A stretch of 64,000 nt of DNA, from assembly GCA_002269645.1 (NCBI GenBank), contig NIVC01000126.1, positions 124,001-188,000 on the forward strand, written 5' to 3'. Source of the stretch: Macrostomum lignano. Its lineage: Eukaryota. Below are positions 1 to 11,870 of the stretch, in pieces. A program made the translations under genes and the position numbers. Numbering within the stretch: position 1 is the stretch's first letter; every line of letters starts with the position of its first letter. The notes beneath the pieces are model-generated. The model was not told the origin of the DNA and did not search any database. It saw nothing but the letters and a program-made list of their open reading frames with translations.

Positions 1-2
1 AA

Positions 3-820
3 GACATTACAGCAGCGATTAACGAGCTCATGGTGTCTATGCCTGTGCTGATGAGTCAGCCCGACTTGCCTGAGCGATCTTGGCTGAGTAGTGCTGCTCC
101 AGACACAACGTCCGACCGGGATCAAGAGCCGTCTAATCCGCAGCCAACCCAGCCATTGATGTCGTCCCAAAATGTCGGGCCTGAAGCGTCTGCTGCTAGC
201 GGTGACTTCTGTGGCATTGATGGCGCCGTGGAAAACTCTGCCGAGTCAATGAGTAAGGATTCTTTGACGAGTCTCTCAAACTATTTCAAAAATTTTTCTG
301 GATGCTTTCGTCTAATTCAGTGTGGACATGACGGGCCGTTTCTAACAAGAGTTCTCATAGGCTTGTGTTGCAGGACAATCGAATACAACTGATAGCAATT
401 ACGACTCAATCATGCTGCACCCGCTCTCCCGCAGCCGCTGAGCAGCCCTATGCAACTGACAGCTTTGGCGGCAGCGCTATGAGTCGTCGGCAATTAAACG
501 AAGCTCGCCCCCTGACACTGGAGGTTGACGTCGAGAACAGCTCGTCGGGCTTGCTGCCATTTTTTCCTGGCAGCTGCGATCGCCGCGGTGCGGTAGTCTC
601 CGCCCGCAGCGGCTGTAGCATAGAGATAACCGACCGCATCAGGCGCCGTCCGAATGGCGAGGAGAGGCGCGTCATCCGAGTCCAGGCGCCAAACATGTCG
701 GCATTGGAGAAGTGCGCTCAGCTTCTAGACTTGCACTTTCCTAGCATGGGCGCTAGAGCTCGGTTCCGGGAATGGCGAGAGCGAACTGACTTGCAGGCAA
801 AACAGCTTAGGTTTGGATGA
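3..820 (+). CDS. 3' part of a gene of unknown function (two open frames, 3-392 and 365-820, probably joined by a short intron or a frameshift)
   Basis: GC-rich coding-like sequence is open from the window edge, has a GTAAGG donor-like site at 253, and ends at TGA 818-820 before AT-rich sequence. No family was recognised with confidence. Confidence 0.35.
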
Positions 821-1598
821 AATTTATAGATTATTTTTGTTTCCAAATGGTTTAAACAAACTGTCTGTTAGAGATACTTTCTGCCTAAAAAGTTATGATT
901 AGCTATAGCCTTGATACCTTTGAGAGTGTGTCAAGCTGCTTTCCAGCTTATAGTTAGTATCGTAATATACATGTACATGTATTCTGGATAGAATAAATAT
1001 ATATAGAAGGTATCCGTCTCGCACATTATCAGCACTGATCAGCAGGGTGCAGCTGCAGTTTCGATTATTGTTTTCTGTGATAGCTGTGTAGTTTTTTGCA
1101 AAATTTTGTATTTTAGAAACCACATCAACACTACCAATTAACTTGGTCATTTCGATTCACAGATAGAGCCGTAAAGCTTTATTTCACAGGCTTTTCTGAA
1201 ATTTTTTAGTATAGTACATGTAAATATAGGCTTCCAGAAGATTTTGATGTAAAAGAATTTTATTTTAAATATACTAGTAGCTATGTAATAAAGGTAAAAT
1301 TTCATTACTAAACTAAGAAAACTTACTAAAATGCAGCAAAAGTGTATGTTGTTTAGTTTCTTGACTCCGCGACAATTAATAATGAATTTCAGCAAAGAAT
1401 AGAAAGTCATGCATTGATGTATTATAAGAACCTGTATTATTCCATGAATAGCATGTGCAGTTTTGCATGATGTCAAAGCCGGTCCGTTGGGATCCGCTTT
1501 CTCGGCCGCTATAGCCAGCTTTTTCGCTATACCGCTTTGACTTTTATGGCTCCTAGCTGCGTTCAATTAATCGGTCTGGCAAGAATAGCTCGTACATG

Positions 1599-4500
1599 AC
1601 TACGTAATGTGCAGATTGTTGTCGATTTTCAGAATTCTGACGCAAAAAACGCAAATTATACTACTATCTGAAAATGAAGTAAGTAGTATACAAAAACGCT
1701 ATCCTAAGCGTGATGTGGCAATATGTAGTCGTAATAATCCATGTGCTCATATATGTACATTAATTCCATGTTCAATAATCCCTATCTATCTCAAATTGGA
1801 TATGTACATTAATTCCATGTACATTAATCCATATCTCAAATTGTCTATCCCCAATTCTATATGTACACTCACATTAATCTACAGTGTCATCCCCAGACGG
1901 TCTGAGCGCGCACCAAAATTACATGTACAATACTACATGTACGCAGAGGCGAGAATTACTAATCTCATCTACTACCAAATGAGTCAACTAACAGTGTAGC
2001 TCACAACGTAAATGTATATTTCCAATGTACATTTCTCAGACAGATTTGAATAATACTGATCGGAGTCTATATGTACATCGATAGCCTCTATACTCATATC
2101 CGCTACATACTCCAAAAATTAGGTATGTACATTTTCACCCTCGGAGACTGTAGGTTTGAATATGCTGATAATTTATTCAAAATCACTTATAAAATACACA
2201 TACTTTCATATAGAGGCGGGCCTGTACAAACTCGCCAAGCGATGGGGTGGAGGTTGCGTCATCCAAGCCTCTCCCCAAGTCAGACCCCAAATGCAGGACT
2301 GTGTTGAAGCAGTGCTTTATATTTCTATATTGACAGTGTGGATGATACAATACCTTTAATTGGTAATTATCAACTGCTACTGCTTTACGGTATATCCTCA
2401 CCCCTCGAAGCTCCTATACTGAATGTTGAATCACCCTTTAACTCGGACCATAGTCAAATTCAACCCTGTTCGAAAACAGCCACCCCTCCGATGTTTACCA
2501 GACACAGCGCAGACCCCATAACAAATCGAGCTAAATTTTAACACTCGCCCCTGTTTTCTCTGTCCCCCTTCTAAATGCCAAGGAATTTCGACCCTCTCTC
2601 CATTTTCAGTGTACAGACAGATCTTTCCACAGCACAGACCATATATTAAACTTCAAAACCCCTCTCTTCTCCGATTACGTCATCCATGCCGCCCCAGTTA
2701 GCAAGAAACCAACTTTTAATGCACACATCAACCCCGCGAGCAAATCCGAGTCCGCCAACCTCTACCTGCATTGACAAACCCCAGCTGCATTTGTAAATGT
2801 ACACAGCCTATGAATCAGTGTCTCTACGCATGCAATTCTGATTTACTTGATTCTAAACTTTGTAAATTGTATAAGTCACCCTTGCGTTATACTAGAAGTA
2901 GTGAAGTCCACATATTTAAATACGTGAGGCTATTCAATTCTGCCTCTCCGCCTCCCCTACCTTCTCACTTCAAGCTTTCAGACTTGGTCTTTGAGACGGT
3001 CGGTTTAATCTGTTAGAAGCAGGAATGAATCATGCACTGACCTCTCCATACAAAGTAAAATTGGAATTTCAGACAAGAAATTTGGTTATTTTAAAAGCTA
3101 AATGACTAGAAATGCACATTTTTTCATTAAAATGCAGCTTTTTACAGTTTTTTTTACGATTTTAACCTTAAAATGCAGACTTTGTTGATCAAAATCAGTA
3201 GTTTCATCACTAGAAACCATACTTTCAACAGCTAATTTGTCCAAATGTCGCTTTCAACTTGACCTTAGACTGCTTTTAAGCAGGAATGAACCCCACACAA
3301 ACATCCACAAGCCAGCCCAAAATCATCCAAAGACATGGCTATTGAAGCCTAAATTGCTAGAAATGCGCATTTTTTCATAAGAAAACACAAATTTTCACAG
3401 TTTTTATGCATTTTTACGTTAAAATGCAGACTTTATTGATCAAAATCAGTAGTTTCATCACTAGAAACCATACTTTCAGCAACTAATTTGTCCAAATATC
3501 GCTTTCAACTTGACCTTAGACAGCTTTTAAGCAGGAATGAACCCCCCCCCCCCCCACGAACATACACAAGCTAGCCCAAAATCATCTAAAGACGGCTGTT
3601 GAAGACTAAATTGCTAGAAATGAGCATTTTTTCATAAGAAAACACAAATTTTCACAGTTTTTACGCATTTTTTTCGTTAAAATGCAGACTTTATTGATCA
3701 AAATCAGTAATTCATCACTAAAAACCACAATTTTAACACAAAATTATCACAAATGCTACTTCTGGAACTCTGAGACAGCTTTGAGCAGGAATTATAATAG
3801 CACACGGATTACCCGAGCCAGTCCAATATTCCACTGAAGCCAGGGTTTTTTAAAGCTGAATTTTTAGAATTGCTCATTCTTTCGTTTAATAAATGACAAT
3901 TTTCACAGTTTTATTATTTTCTAACGTTAAAATGCGAAATGTATTGGTCAAACTTAGTAGTTTCATCCCAAAAGCCATAATTTCAACCGCTAATTTGTCC
4001 AAATGCTGATTTCAAAGTTGGCAAGAGACAGCTTTCGAGCAGGAATGAGTCACACACTGATCTCCATATGCACACCCCGGCCCAAGTTGGAATTCCACCC
4101 AAGACATTTTCATTGAAAGCTAAATTACTAGAAATTGCACATTTTCGTTTTAAAAAGGTCAATTTTCACAGTTTTACTCTTTTTAACGTTAAAATGCTGA
4201 CTTTATTGAACAAAATTAATCACTTCATCAGCAGAAACCATAATTTTTACAACTTAATCGTCAAAAATGCTGTTTCATCATTCAAATGTATGTATTTGGT
4301 ACGTGTAATACCCCTCAAGAAGTCAGGGAAGGGATTATTCTTGAATATTGGGTTAAAACGCACAGTTTGCTATAAACCTAGCTATAATAATTTTAACATA
4401 TACAGTCGGCGAAGCGGCCCGTTGATTTCGATTGACATTTAAACTGTCCCTCCCAGACCTCTCTCTCTCCTTCTGCACCCACCGAGAAAAGTGACTCATG

Positions 4501-5016
4501 CGGCAAACAGCTGGACAGGTTTAGTGTATTACTGAATTGGCAAAACAACCAACACCCAATGGTCATATTAGACTCGTCTTCACAGCACAGACCCATGTAG
4601 AACAGAACCACTCGTCCCTGTCTCTCTGACCTTACCATTTCTAACTGTCAAAGAATTCCGACCCTCCCTCTCCAATTTCAGTGTACAAACAGATATTTTC
4701 ACAGCACAGCCTCATATATTGAGCCTCCTCCAACCAAAACCCTATCTTGATTCCGTCATCCACCTCCCCATAGGAGCAGTTAGCAAGAAACAAAATTTTT
4801 CGATGCACATATGAACACTGTGAACCATGCAAAATCGCACATCTACGGGTCGATTTTGATTGACAATTTAATACCTTTTGTTGATGCTGCTGTGTACAGT
4901 AGTCTTATTTCCGAAGCTCCTAGCAGTCATCTTTTAGATGTGGTGAATCAGTGTTGTTTTTGCCAACTTTACCTCTTGATTCATCCCCCAAATTCTTCAA
5001 CTCTGACCATATTCAA
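1599..5016 (+). repeat. Left inverted arm (3418 bp)
   Basis: Matches the reverse complement of 12614-16028. Identity stops after ...CTCTGACCATATTCAA at 5016. Confidence 0.95.
3020..4260 (+). repeat. Five diverged ~255-bp tandem units inside the left arm (mirrored in the right arm)
   Basis: CAGGAAT(G/T)A recurs near 3020, 3280, 3532, 3786 and 4040. Each unit also carries TAGAAAT, TTTTCACAGTTT, TTAAAATGC and ATCAAAATCAGTAG-like blocks. Confidence 0.8.
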
Positions 5017-6073
5017 ATGCAGCACAGTCCCTGTCTCTACTGCCGCCTCCGCCCGCGCCGCCGCCTCTCAATGAATGTAAAATAGGAGTGTTAGTTCATG
5101 TATTAATGCTCCTTGACCTGCAAAAATTATACGGTTGCTAGGCAGTGTCGTAACACAGGACAAATTTACAAAATGTCTCTATGAAAACTCATCTTCCTAC
5201 TGACAGTAGAGTTTGCAAAAATCAGTTCTTGGAATAATGCGACATTTTCGTGAAAATATTTAAACTGCTATATTGGGCCTATGACAGATTTTTATTGAGA
5301 AACTATCGTCATTTCCACAGAGAAAGATAAACATGTGAAGCTTTCGTGAAGATTAGAATCGTGAAGATTCGCTTGCATATGTACATCACATGTAAATGAA
5401 CATGTGATAAATCTGATGAGGAACTATGCACACATGCGCGAGTTGCCCCGGAAAGAGGTGAGATTGATAGATAATGAAAAATCAGTAGGAAAGAGAGAAT
5501 GAGGCTGCGTGACCACACTGTGAATCAAAAAGGTCCAACGGAGGTCCAAATTTATAATTTGGACTTTTGTCATCTAGAGGTCCATTTTTATAAAAATGAA
5601 AAAAGGCTTTCCATTCCATTAAAAAGCCATGTTTAACTACAATTTGTGTAGCAATTGTTGTATGATCAAATTCACGTAATGTTATCAGCAGTAACTGCAT
5701 CTACAACTGGAATTTGTTTAGGGGACAATTGGCTTTCGTTTTTGAAAATAACGAAAGGAAATGTTAGTGCTAATAACGTCGTGCAAAAACATTTACTGCT
5801 ATTGATAATATAGTATCTAAGAGTTAGGAGTCTTGGTTAATTAATAATTATGTAATTGTTCTGCATTAATATTTTGCCACTGTTATAATGCCTGCATTCA
5901 AAAGCAATACATACAGACTGGACAAACCGTCCATTTTTTCCAGCTTTTTTAAACTGATTTGCCCTCCCTGACGGTAGTGAAGTCAAAGCTTACGTTCACA
6001 CTTACTTCAGGCCTCTTTAATTAATGTAAAGTCGAATAGATATTAGATATTTTGTCTTAGAAATAGGATTTTC

Positions 6074-8621
6074 ATGGAACAGGATGTGGATAGGCATCTT
6101 GCTTCTAAATCTAACCATAAGAATAGTGAAATAAGTATAAAATGTACATTTTGTTCATTTTCATGTCAAAGTATTTTTAAGGTTATATCTCATATTAAGT
6201 TTACACATTCATTTGGATGTCACTGTTTTACCTGCCCTATCTTAGATTGTTTTTATAGTAGTGGTTCAATAGAAGCTTTAAGAGCTCATGCTTATCGTAT
6301 GCATAGTCAACTTACTAATGTTGATTCTTATGTTATGTCTAATTTAGAAAATGTTCTGAAAACTGAGGATGAAAAAAATGAAACAGTTGAAGTCTGTCCT
6401 GATCATTGTCAACCTAGTCTTAGTGGTACCAATGAGCCTAATAATGGCTTAAATGAAGAAAATGAAAGTATTCCAACAATAAATCCAGAAAAAATAACAT
6501 GTGATACCCTTCGAGACAATATAAGAAAAAACCTTGCTAAAAACTTTGTATACTATTATTTCAAATGTAAAAATGTATTTTTTATTTCTAAAGAAAAGTC
6601 TAATCAGTTATGTGAATTGGTAAAAGAAATGGTTTCACAATTTGCTCATGATTATCTTTGCCTATTTGAACAGTTTTTAAAGGAGGAATATCCATCTTTT
6701 AGTAAAAACTTAATTAATAATCAGTTTAATATGCAAGAAATGATTGATATCTCATTAGAATTTTTATTAACTGATTCAAAGGTCTTTGATATTCTAAAAC
6801 ATCAATATAACTTAGTTCAGCCAATAGAAATTGTCCACCCAGAGACGGGTTCTAAAATCCAATATATCCCAATAGCTGAAATGCTTGCTTCAATAATAAA
6901 AAATGAACATTTGATGAAATTTTTTGTTGAGCCATGTATCAATAATTGTAACTTTTTTACATCAACCTATTTTAAAGAATGTATATCATCATTGGTAACT
7001 AGTGACAGTGGGATTTTTTTGAAACTGTACTCAGACGAAATTGAAGTTTGTAATCCAATTGGATCAGCCAAGACAAAGCATAAGCTATGTGTTATTTATT
7101 ATAGTATTCTTAATTTTCCTGAATACTTGAATTCATCATTAGAATTATCTTTCTTGTCAACTATTTTTTCTGAGTCTACAATAAAGAAAGCAGGCTTACA
7201 ATTTTGCTTGTCTCCATTAATTGCTGAGCTTAATGATCTATATTATAAGGAATTTGAAATAAATACTTCTTTAACACTGCCTGTTGTGGCTTGCTTTATG
7301 ACTGGGGATAATCTATCTATGCATCAAATGTTAGGTTTACAGAAATGCTTTTCTAGTGGGTATGTATGCAGGTTTTGTTATAAGGAATATAGACAGCTTT
7401 GTAGTATAGATATTCAATGTTTAGATAAGCTCTTTCAATTTAATTATAGGACCCATTTATCAAATATCAATGATTCACAACAATTAAACAATGGCTTTGT
7501 TAGAAATTCAGCTTTTGAGGGTTTGTCTTATATTGATTTGCAATATTTTTTCCCACCTGATATTATGCATGATGATTTGGAAGGATTTTCACATCTGGTT
7601 GTGTGTCTTGTACTATTAAATGCTATGGAAAAAAATCATATAAGCATGGAATTTATAAATGAACAATTTAGCAAAATTTATGATGTATCACTTCCTAAGC
7701 TAAGCAAATATAACATAAAAAACTTTCATTTGCCATGCACTGCTAGTCAAATGATAGTCATCTTACAATATTTTGGTTTACTTTTTGGGGATTTATTTGA
7801 TTATGATGATGACATTTGGATATTATTCTGCAACCATAAGCTTTTTCTTAATATTATATTATCACCATATTATGATAAGGATGTTGATATTGATTATTTT
7901 AAGTTTTTAGTAGCAGCACAACTTGAAACTATATATAAATACACTGACTTTAACCCAAAATACAAATGTAAACTACATTACATCTGCCATTATCCAGAAT
8001 TATACCATTATTTTAGTGGTCTAAGGTATCTTTGGTGCATGCGAAGTGAGGCCCAACATCAGGTAATAAAGAATATAAGTAGACAATGTAAAAACTATAA
8101 TAATGTTGCCTTTACATGTGCAAAAAACTTTCAAATTCAGAAGGCTTTAGTTGTTACACATTTTATGCCCCATGATCTAAAAGAAGCAAAGTGTAGTAGT
8201 ATAATTAAAATCAGTTCAATTTTAACAACTCCTGAGAAAATCAAACTAAGTAATATACTCAATGTCAAATTTGATTCATTAGGCCAGATTTGCTTCTCAA
8301 CCACAGTTCTAAATTTTAGAGGATTTCATTATAAAACTTGGCTTGGCTATATTTAAAGATAGCTATATTGATTTAATAATGATTTCTTGCATCATTAAGG
8401 TCACAAACAAATGGGTTCTCATTTGCAAAAAGATTAAAGCTACATTTTCAACCCATTATAATTGTTATTTATGTACTATTTTAAATGATGACACTATATT
8501 TTGTATGCCTAGCCAGCATATTGTTCACCAGCAAGTTCCTCTTATGCTTTATCGTGGCCAACTTTATGCTTCATTAAAATACCATCCATATGTTGATATG
8601 CTGAATGAAAAGTCAGTTTAA
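6074..8621 (+). CDS. EnSpm-type DDE transposase with N-terminal C2H2-like zinc fingers; +1 frameshift at ~8338
   Basis: The 760-aa ORF has CTFC..H..H and CPILDC..H..H fingers and motifs typical of animal EnSpm transposases (LYSDEIEVCNPIG..KHKL, GDNL..H....CRFC, PPDIMHDDLEG, WCMRSEAQH). The C-terminal domain continues in frame 8343..8621. Confidence 0.85.
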
Positions 8622-9166
8622 AAAAATAATAGCAATAAAAGTAGTCTAATATGTTCCAACTTGTAGCTCAATGATATATACTTTTTAGTAAACTTATCAA
8701 CAAACTTTTTCTGTTATGCCCCAGCAGTTGAATAGTTGTTTTGTCTGAACTAATTGTGACTTAAATACTTAATAATGTCAGTGCCAAGGCTGCGTGTGGC
8801 ACCTTGAGGCATGGCAAAGAGTTTAGCACTGGTATGTGCTCTCTGGCTCTAGCTAAAAACTGGTCTATAGGCATTTGTCCTTTTTATGATGGATGGGCTT
8901 GCCCGTCCTGACTAGGCTAAGCTTAGCAAGTGTTGGATGCCGGTTTTGCCATTTCTCGGCCCAAAATGTGCAGTTATACATATTGTATATATTTTCTGCA
9001 TGCACAAATCATGCAACCAATAGAAAATAGGCGAAAACAAAACAAAAAAGCTTTGGTAAAACCACACGACATCACTACATTCTTACAGCTTAACAACAAT
9101 TTTGGACGTAATGTGTCTTACATACCAGATTAACTCTGATGTCCTTAACATAATTTTTCACTTCAG

Positions 9167-10777
9167 CTTCGAATCTGCACTGGTGACAAGTCAAGAAAGA
9201 AGCTTGTTTGTGCTTCTTCGCTTGACCAGTTGCGATTAAAAGGATGCGAGAAGCTCGGCATTGCTGATGCGGATAATGTCCGGATTGTTACCAAAGATGG
9301 CTTCGAAATCGATGACGACGATTTAATACCAGAAATTGCAAAGGAAGCAAAGTTTGTTTACTTTTTGCTTCAAGGCGAGCTTTTGGACTGTGTATCAAAG
9401 CCATCAAATGAGACGCCTTTCATGCCCAGCACTCCTGCCAGACAGCAAGACAGTAGCTCCGAACTTGTAGGATCTACTGGAGTGAGCATGCCAGGTGGAG
9501 CAGCTGCTGGTAGCTTACCGTGGCCTGAGGTCTATACCCTGCCTCGGATGGGCGAATTGAGTGACGCTCTTCGCGAACTTCGGCTCAATCCAGAAAAGGG
9601 TGCAGAGTTCAAAGTTAACCCAACATTTGTAAACCGGTTTCTAAAGTTCATTATTGAGGACGTCTTTCAACAGTTCAAGTCTGAAGACAATCCATATTTG
9701 TCTGGTGTTGAAATTCGCGATATCTGCTGTGCCATAATTGCAACCTATTCTGGCCTCCGGGACGATTCGCCTGAAGGGTTCCGTTTTTGGCGAATTAAGA
9801 TTTGCCGTCGCTTGAAGGACCTACGCAGCAGAAAGCTTACGTCATTCACAAGCCCAATCGTTCTGCAAATGCGTGGCAAGCATGGGAGGAAGCGCAAAGT
9901 AACTGCTGCTGCTGCTGCATGTGCTCCCACTGGCGACACTTCAGCTGATGAATTGGGTGATGATGGTGTCGACGAACCCATTGACGACTCTGGTGATGAT
10001 GAGCAACCACCATTTGAGCATCGACCAGTCGAGCCCGACTGTCGAAGTGTCATGAATAAAAGTGTAGATTTTGAAAATGATGGCACCGTACCCCCCAGCC
10101 ATGAACAGCGACGAGAGCGACTGAATTCTGATTTTGGCAGAGTCAGTATTTCGGAAGTGCTGGATGAAATGCGTGTGCTATTTCCTGTGCGAATTTCACG
10201 ATGCCAGGATAAAACTGTTGCCGAGGAAGTTGAACTTTACCGACCGCTAACTTTATTGCCTGTCATTCTTCAAGAGACTCATCTGATGATTGAGGAGTAC
10301 AATAAAAGCAAGACAGACTATATTTGTGCATCAGGTCCAAATGAGATTCGGACTAACATTACGGCAGCGCTGATGAAAATATACAACAATAGAAAACACC
10401 TAAAAAACTACAAGTTCTGCAAAAAATATGTGGATGCCGTCGACTCTGATGACGAAAAATTGTGTGCTGCAGTCTGTCTTCTTCTTGGTCGGCTGAAGAT
10501 TGATGCCGAGAAGATTTTTTGCGATGGTCTTCCCGTAAGAATTGTTCGAGACGAGAACAGCAAGTGGTCCGGCGTTTCTGTCAATGGCGCTACCCTGGTG
10601 TTTGATAATGCAGCGGATACCGTCATTGTCTTCATCATCGTGTATGTTGCTTTCAACCTACAGCATGTCCCCTTCCTGGAACCATTCCTCGAGACGATTG
10701 AGGTTCTGGCCAAGCTGCGCAGCCGGTCTGCTGTTTCACGTAGCTCCGCCAAGACTGTTATTGCATCTTTTCTGTAG
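9167..10777 (+). CDS. EnSpm accessory ORF2 (putative TnpA equivalent) with a CIDE-N-like N-terminal domain
   Basis: The frame is open from the acceptor TTCAG at 9166 (in-frame TAA upstream at 9146-9148): LRICTGDKSRKKLVCASSLDQLRLKGCEKLG..VRIVTKDGFEIDDDD. The central helical block resembles the SAMD3-like ORF2 of animal EnSpm elements. The first exon was not located. Confidence 0.7.
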   Translation, partial: LRICTGDKSRKKLVCASSLDQLRLKGCEKLGIADADNVRIVTKDGFEIDDDDLIPEIAKEAKFVYFLLQGELLDCVSKPSNETPFMPSTPARQQDSSSELVGSTGVSMPGGAAAGSLPWPEVYTLPRMGELSDALRELRLNPEKGAEFKVNPTFVNRFLKFIIEDVFQQFKSEDNPYLSGVEIRDICCAIIATYSGLRDDSPEGFRFWRIKICRRLKDLRSRKLTSFTSPIVLQMRGKHGRKRKVTAAAAACAPTGDTSADELGDDGVDEPIDDSGDDEQPPFEHRPVEPDCRSVMNKSVDFENDGTVPPSHEQRRERLNSDFGRVSISEVLDEMRVLFPVRISRCQDKTVAEEVELYRPLTLLPVILQETHLMIEEYNKSKTDYICASGPNEIRTNITAALMKIYNNRKHLKNYKFCKKYVDAVDSDDEKLCAAVCLLLGRLKIDAEKIFCDGLPVRIVRDENSKWSGVSVNGATLVFDNAADTVIVFIIVYVAFNLQHVPFLEPFLETIEVLAKLRSRSAVSRSSAKTVIASFL

Positions 10778-11499
10778 TTGCTGTTTCATTGCATTGCCTT
10801 CATTTTCAAAAACCAATTAGTTGAGCTATCTGACTTTCTTGTGCTCGAGTAGTTTTATCCCTAGATATAAGATATTCCTACAGGATAGATAATGGAATAA
10901 TGGAAATGGCATAATGGAATTATGGAAATGGTGTATTTTTGCAGACACAATATCATAGTTTATTTAGTCCATTTTGCGTTCCAAATGTTGGATTTGCATT
11001 TTTAGAAATGAGAATGCATTTTTGCACTTTGCAGTTTTTCTGTCTGTGGGATAATAAAAATGAAGGGTGCACAAAACAAACATTTAATTCAATGGGTATC
11101 CATTTGCCACATTATAAAGTCTGTTTAAATCCTTGTTGGAATGTTGTCAAATCGCAGCCGGGGTGTTCGTGCACTTTTACTTTTTGTGTGTTCTATAATG
11201 TGGCTTTCTGTGGACTTTTGTCCAGTCTTCTATGCTATACAAGGTGTGTTTTGTTAACTTTTTTGCACATCAAAATGGAAACTGTATGCCTCTGCTTTTC
11301 ATGTGTGCATGCTAGAGCTTTTTACTTTACTGTTGCTGGTGTAAAGACGTTTATAATGTGTACATTATATTTTATATGCAACTCATTACTTGCAAGTGAT
11401 GAGTTGTTAATATTACAGAAAACATTCTTGGCCTTCAGTGACTTCCTTTATTAATTCATGAAATCGACCCTCCAAAAGGGCATGCAATGATTGCAATCC

Positions 11500-11870
11500 T
11501 TAAAGCTCGGACCCCTCTAAAATAGACCTTTTAATTTGGATCTAAAAATGCATATTTTTTAGAGAGAAATAGTCTTTCAGAGGTCCAAAAATCGACGCTT
11601 TGGGCCCTTTAATTTGGACATTTTTCTAACAATTTGGACCTTAAAAAGCGGACCTCAAAAATTGGACCTTTTTTAAAAATGGACCTTCAGAGGTCCAAAA
11701 ATATCGACGCTGCGGACCTTGCAATTTGGACCTTATTCTAACAATTTGGACCTCAAAAATGGACCTCAAAAATTGGACCTTTTTAAAAATGGACCTTCAG
11801 AGGTCCAAAAATATCGACGCTGCGGACCTTACAATTTGGACCTTGTGTGGACCTTTTTTTGGACCTTTTT
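11500..11870 (+). repeat. Subterminal GGACCT/AGGTCC repeat field of the EnSpm right end
   Basis: Dense AATTTGGACC and AAATGGACC motifs, including a duplicated block (about 11650-11720 repeated at 11761-11830). Confidence 0.85.

Noticed and set aside
899-1566. Minus-strand ORFs 899-1150 and 1147-1566, and a stop-interrupted plus frame
   Set aside because: AT-rich with no recognisable motifs; cannot be distinguished from chance.
960-2100. Frequent TACATGTA / GTACAT palindromes
   Set aside because: Common in the local AT-rich sequence with no regular spacing. Noted because it modestly raises the chance that the TACATG flanking repeat is coincidental.
1607-5074. Short ORFs in the foldback arms (67-136 aa) appearing as mirrored pairs
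   Set aside because: They appear twice only because of the inverted repeat. They have no recognisable motifs, and one is frameshifted between arms (4068 vs 13495), so they are unlikely to be under coding constraint.
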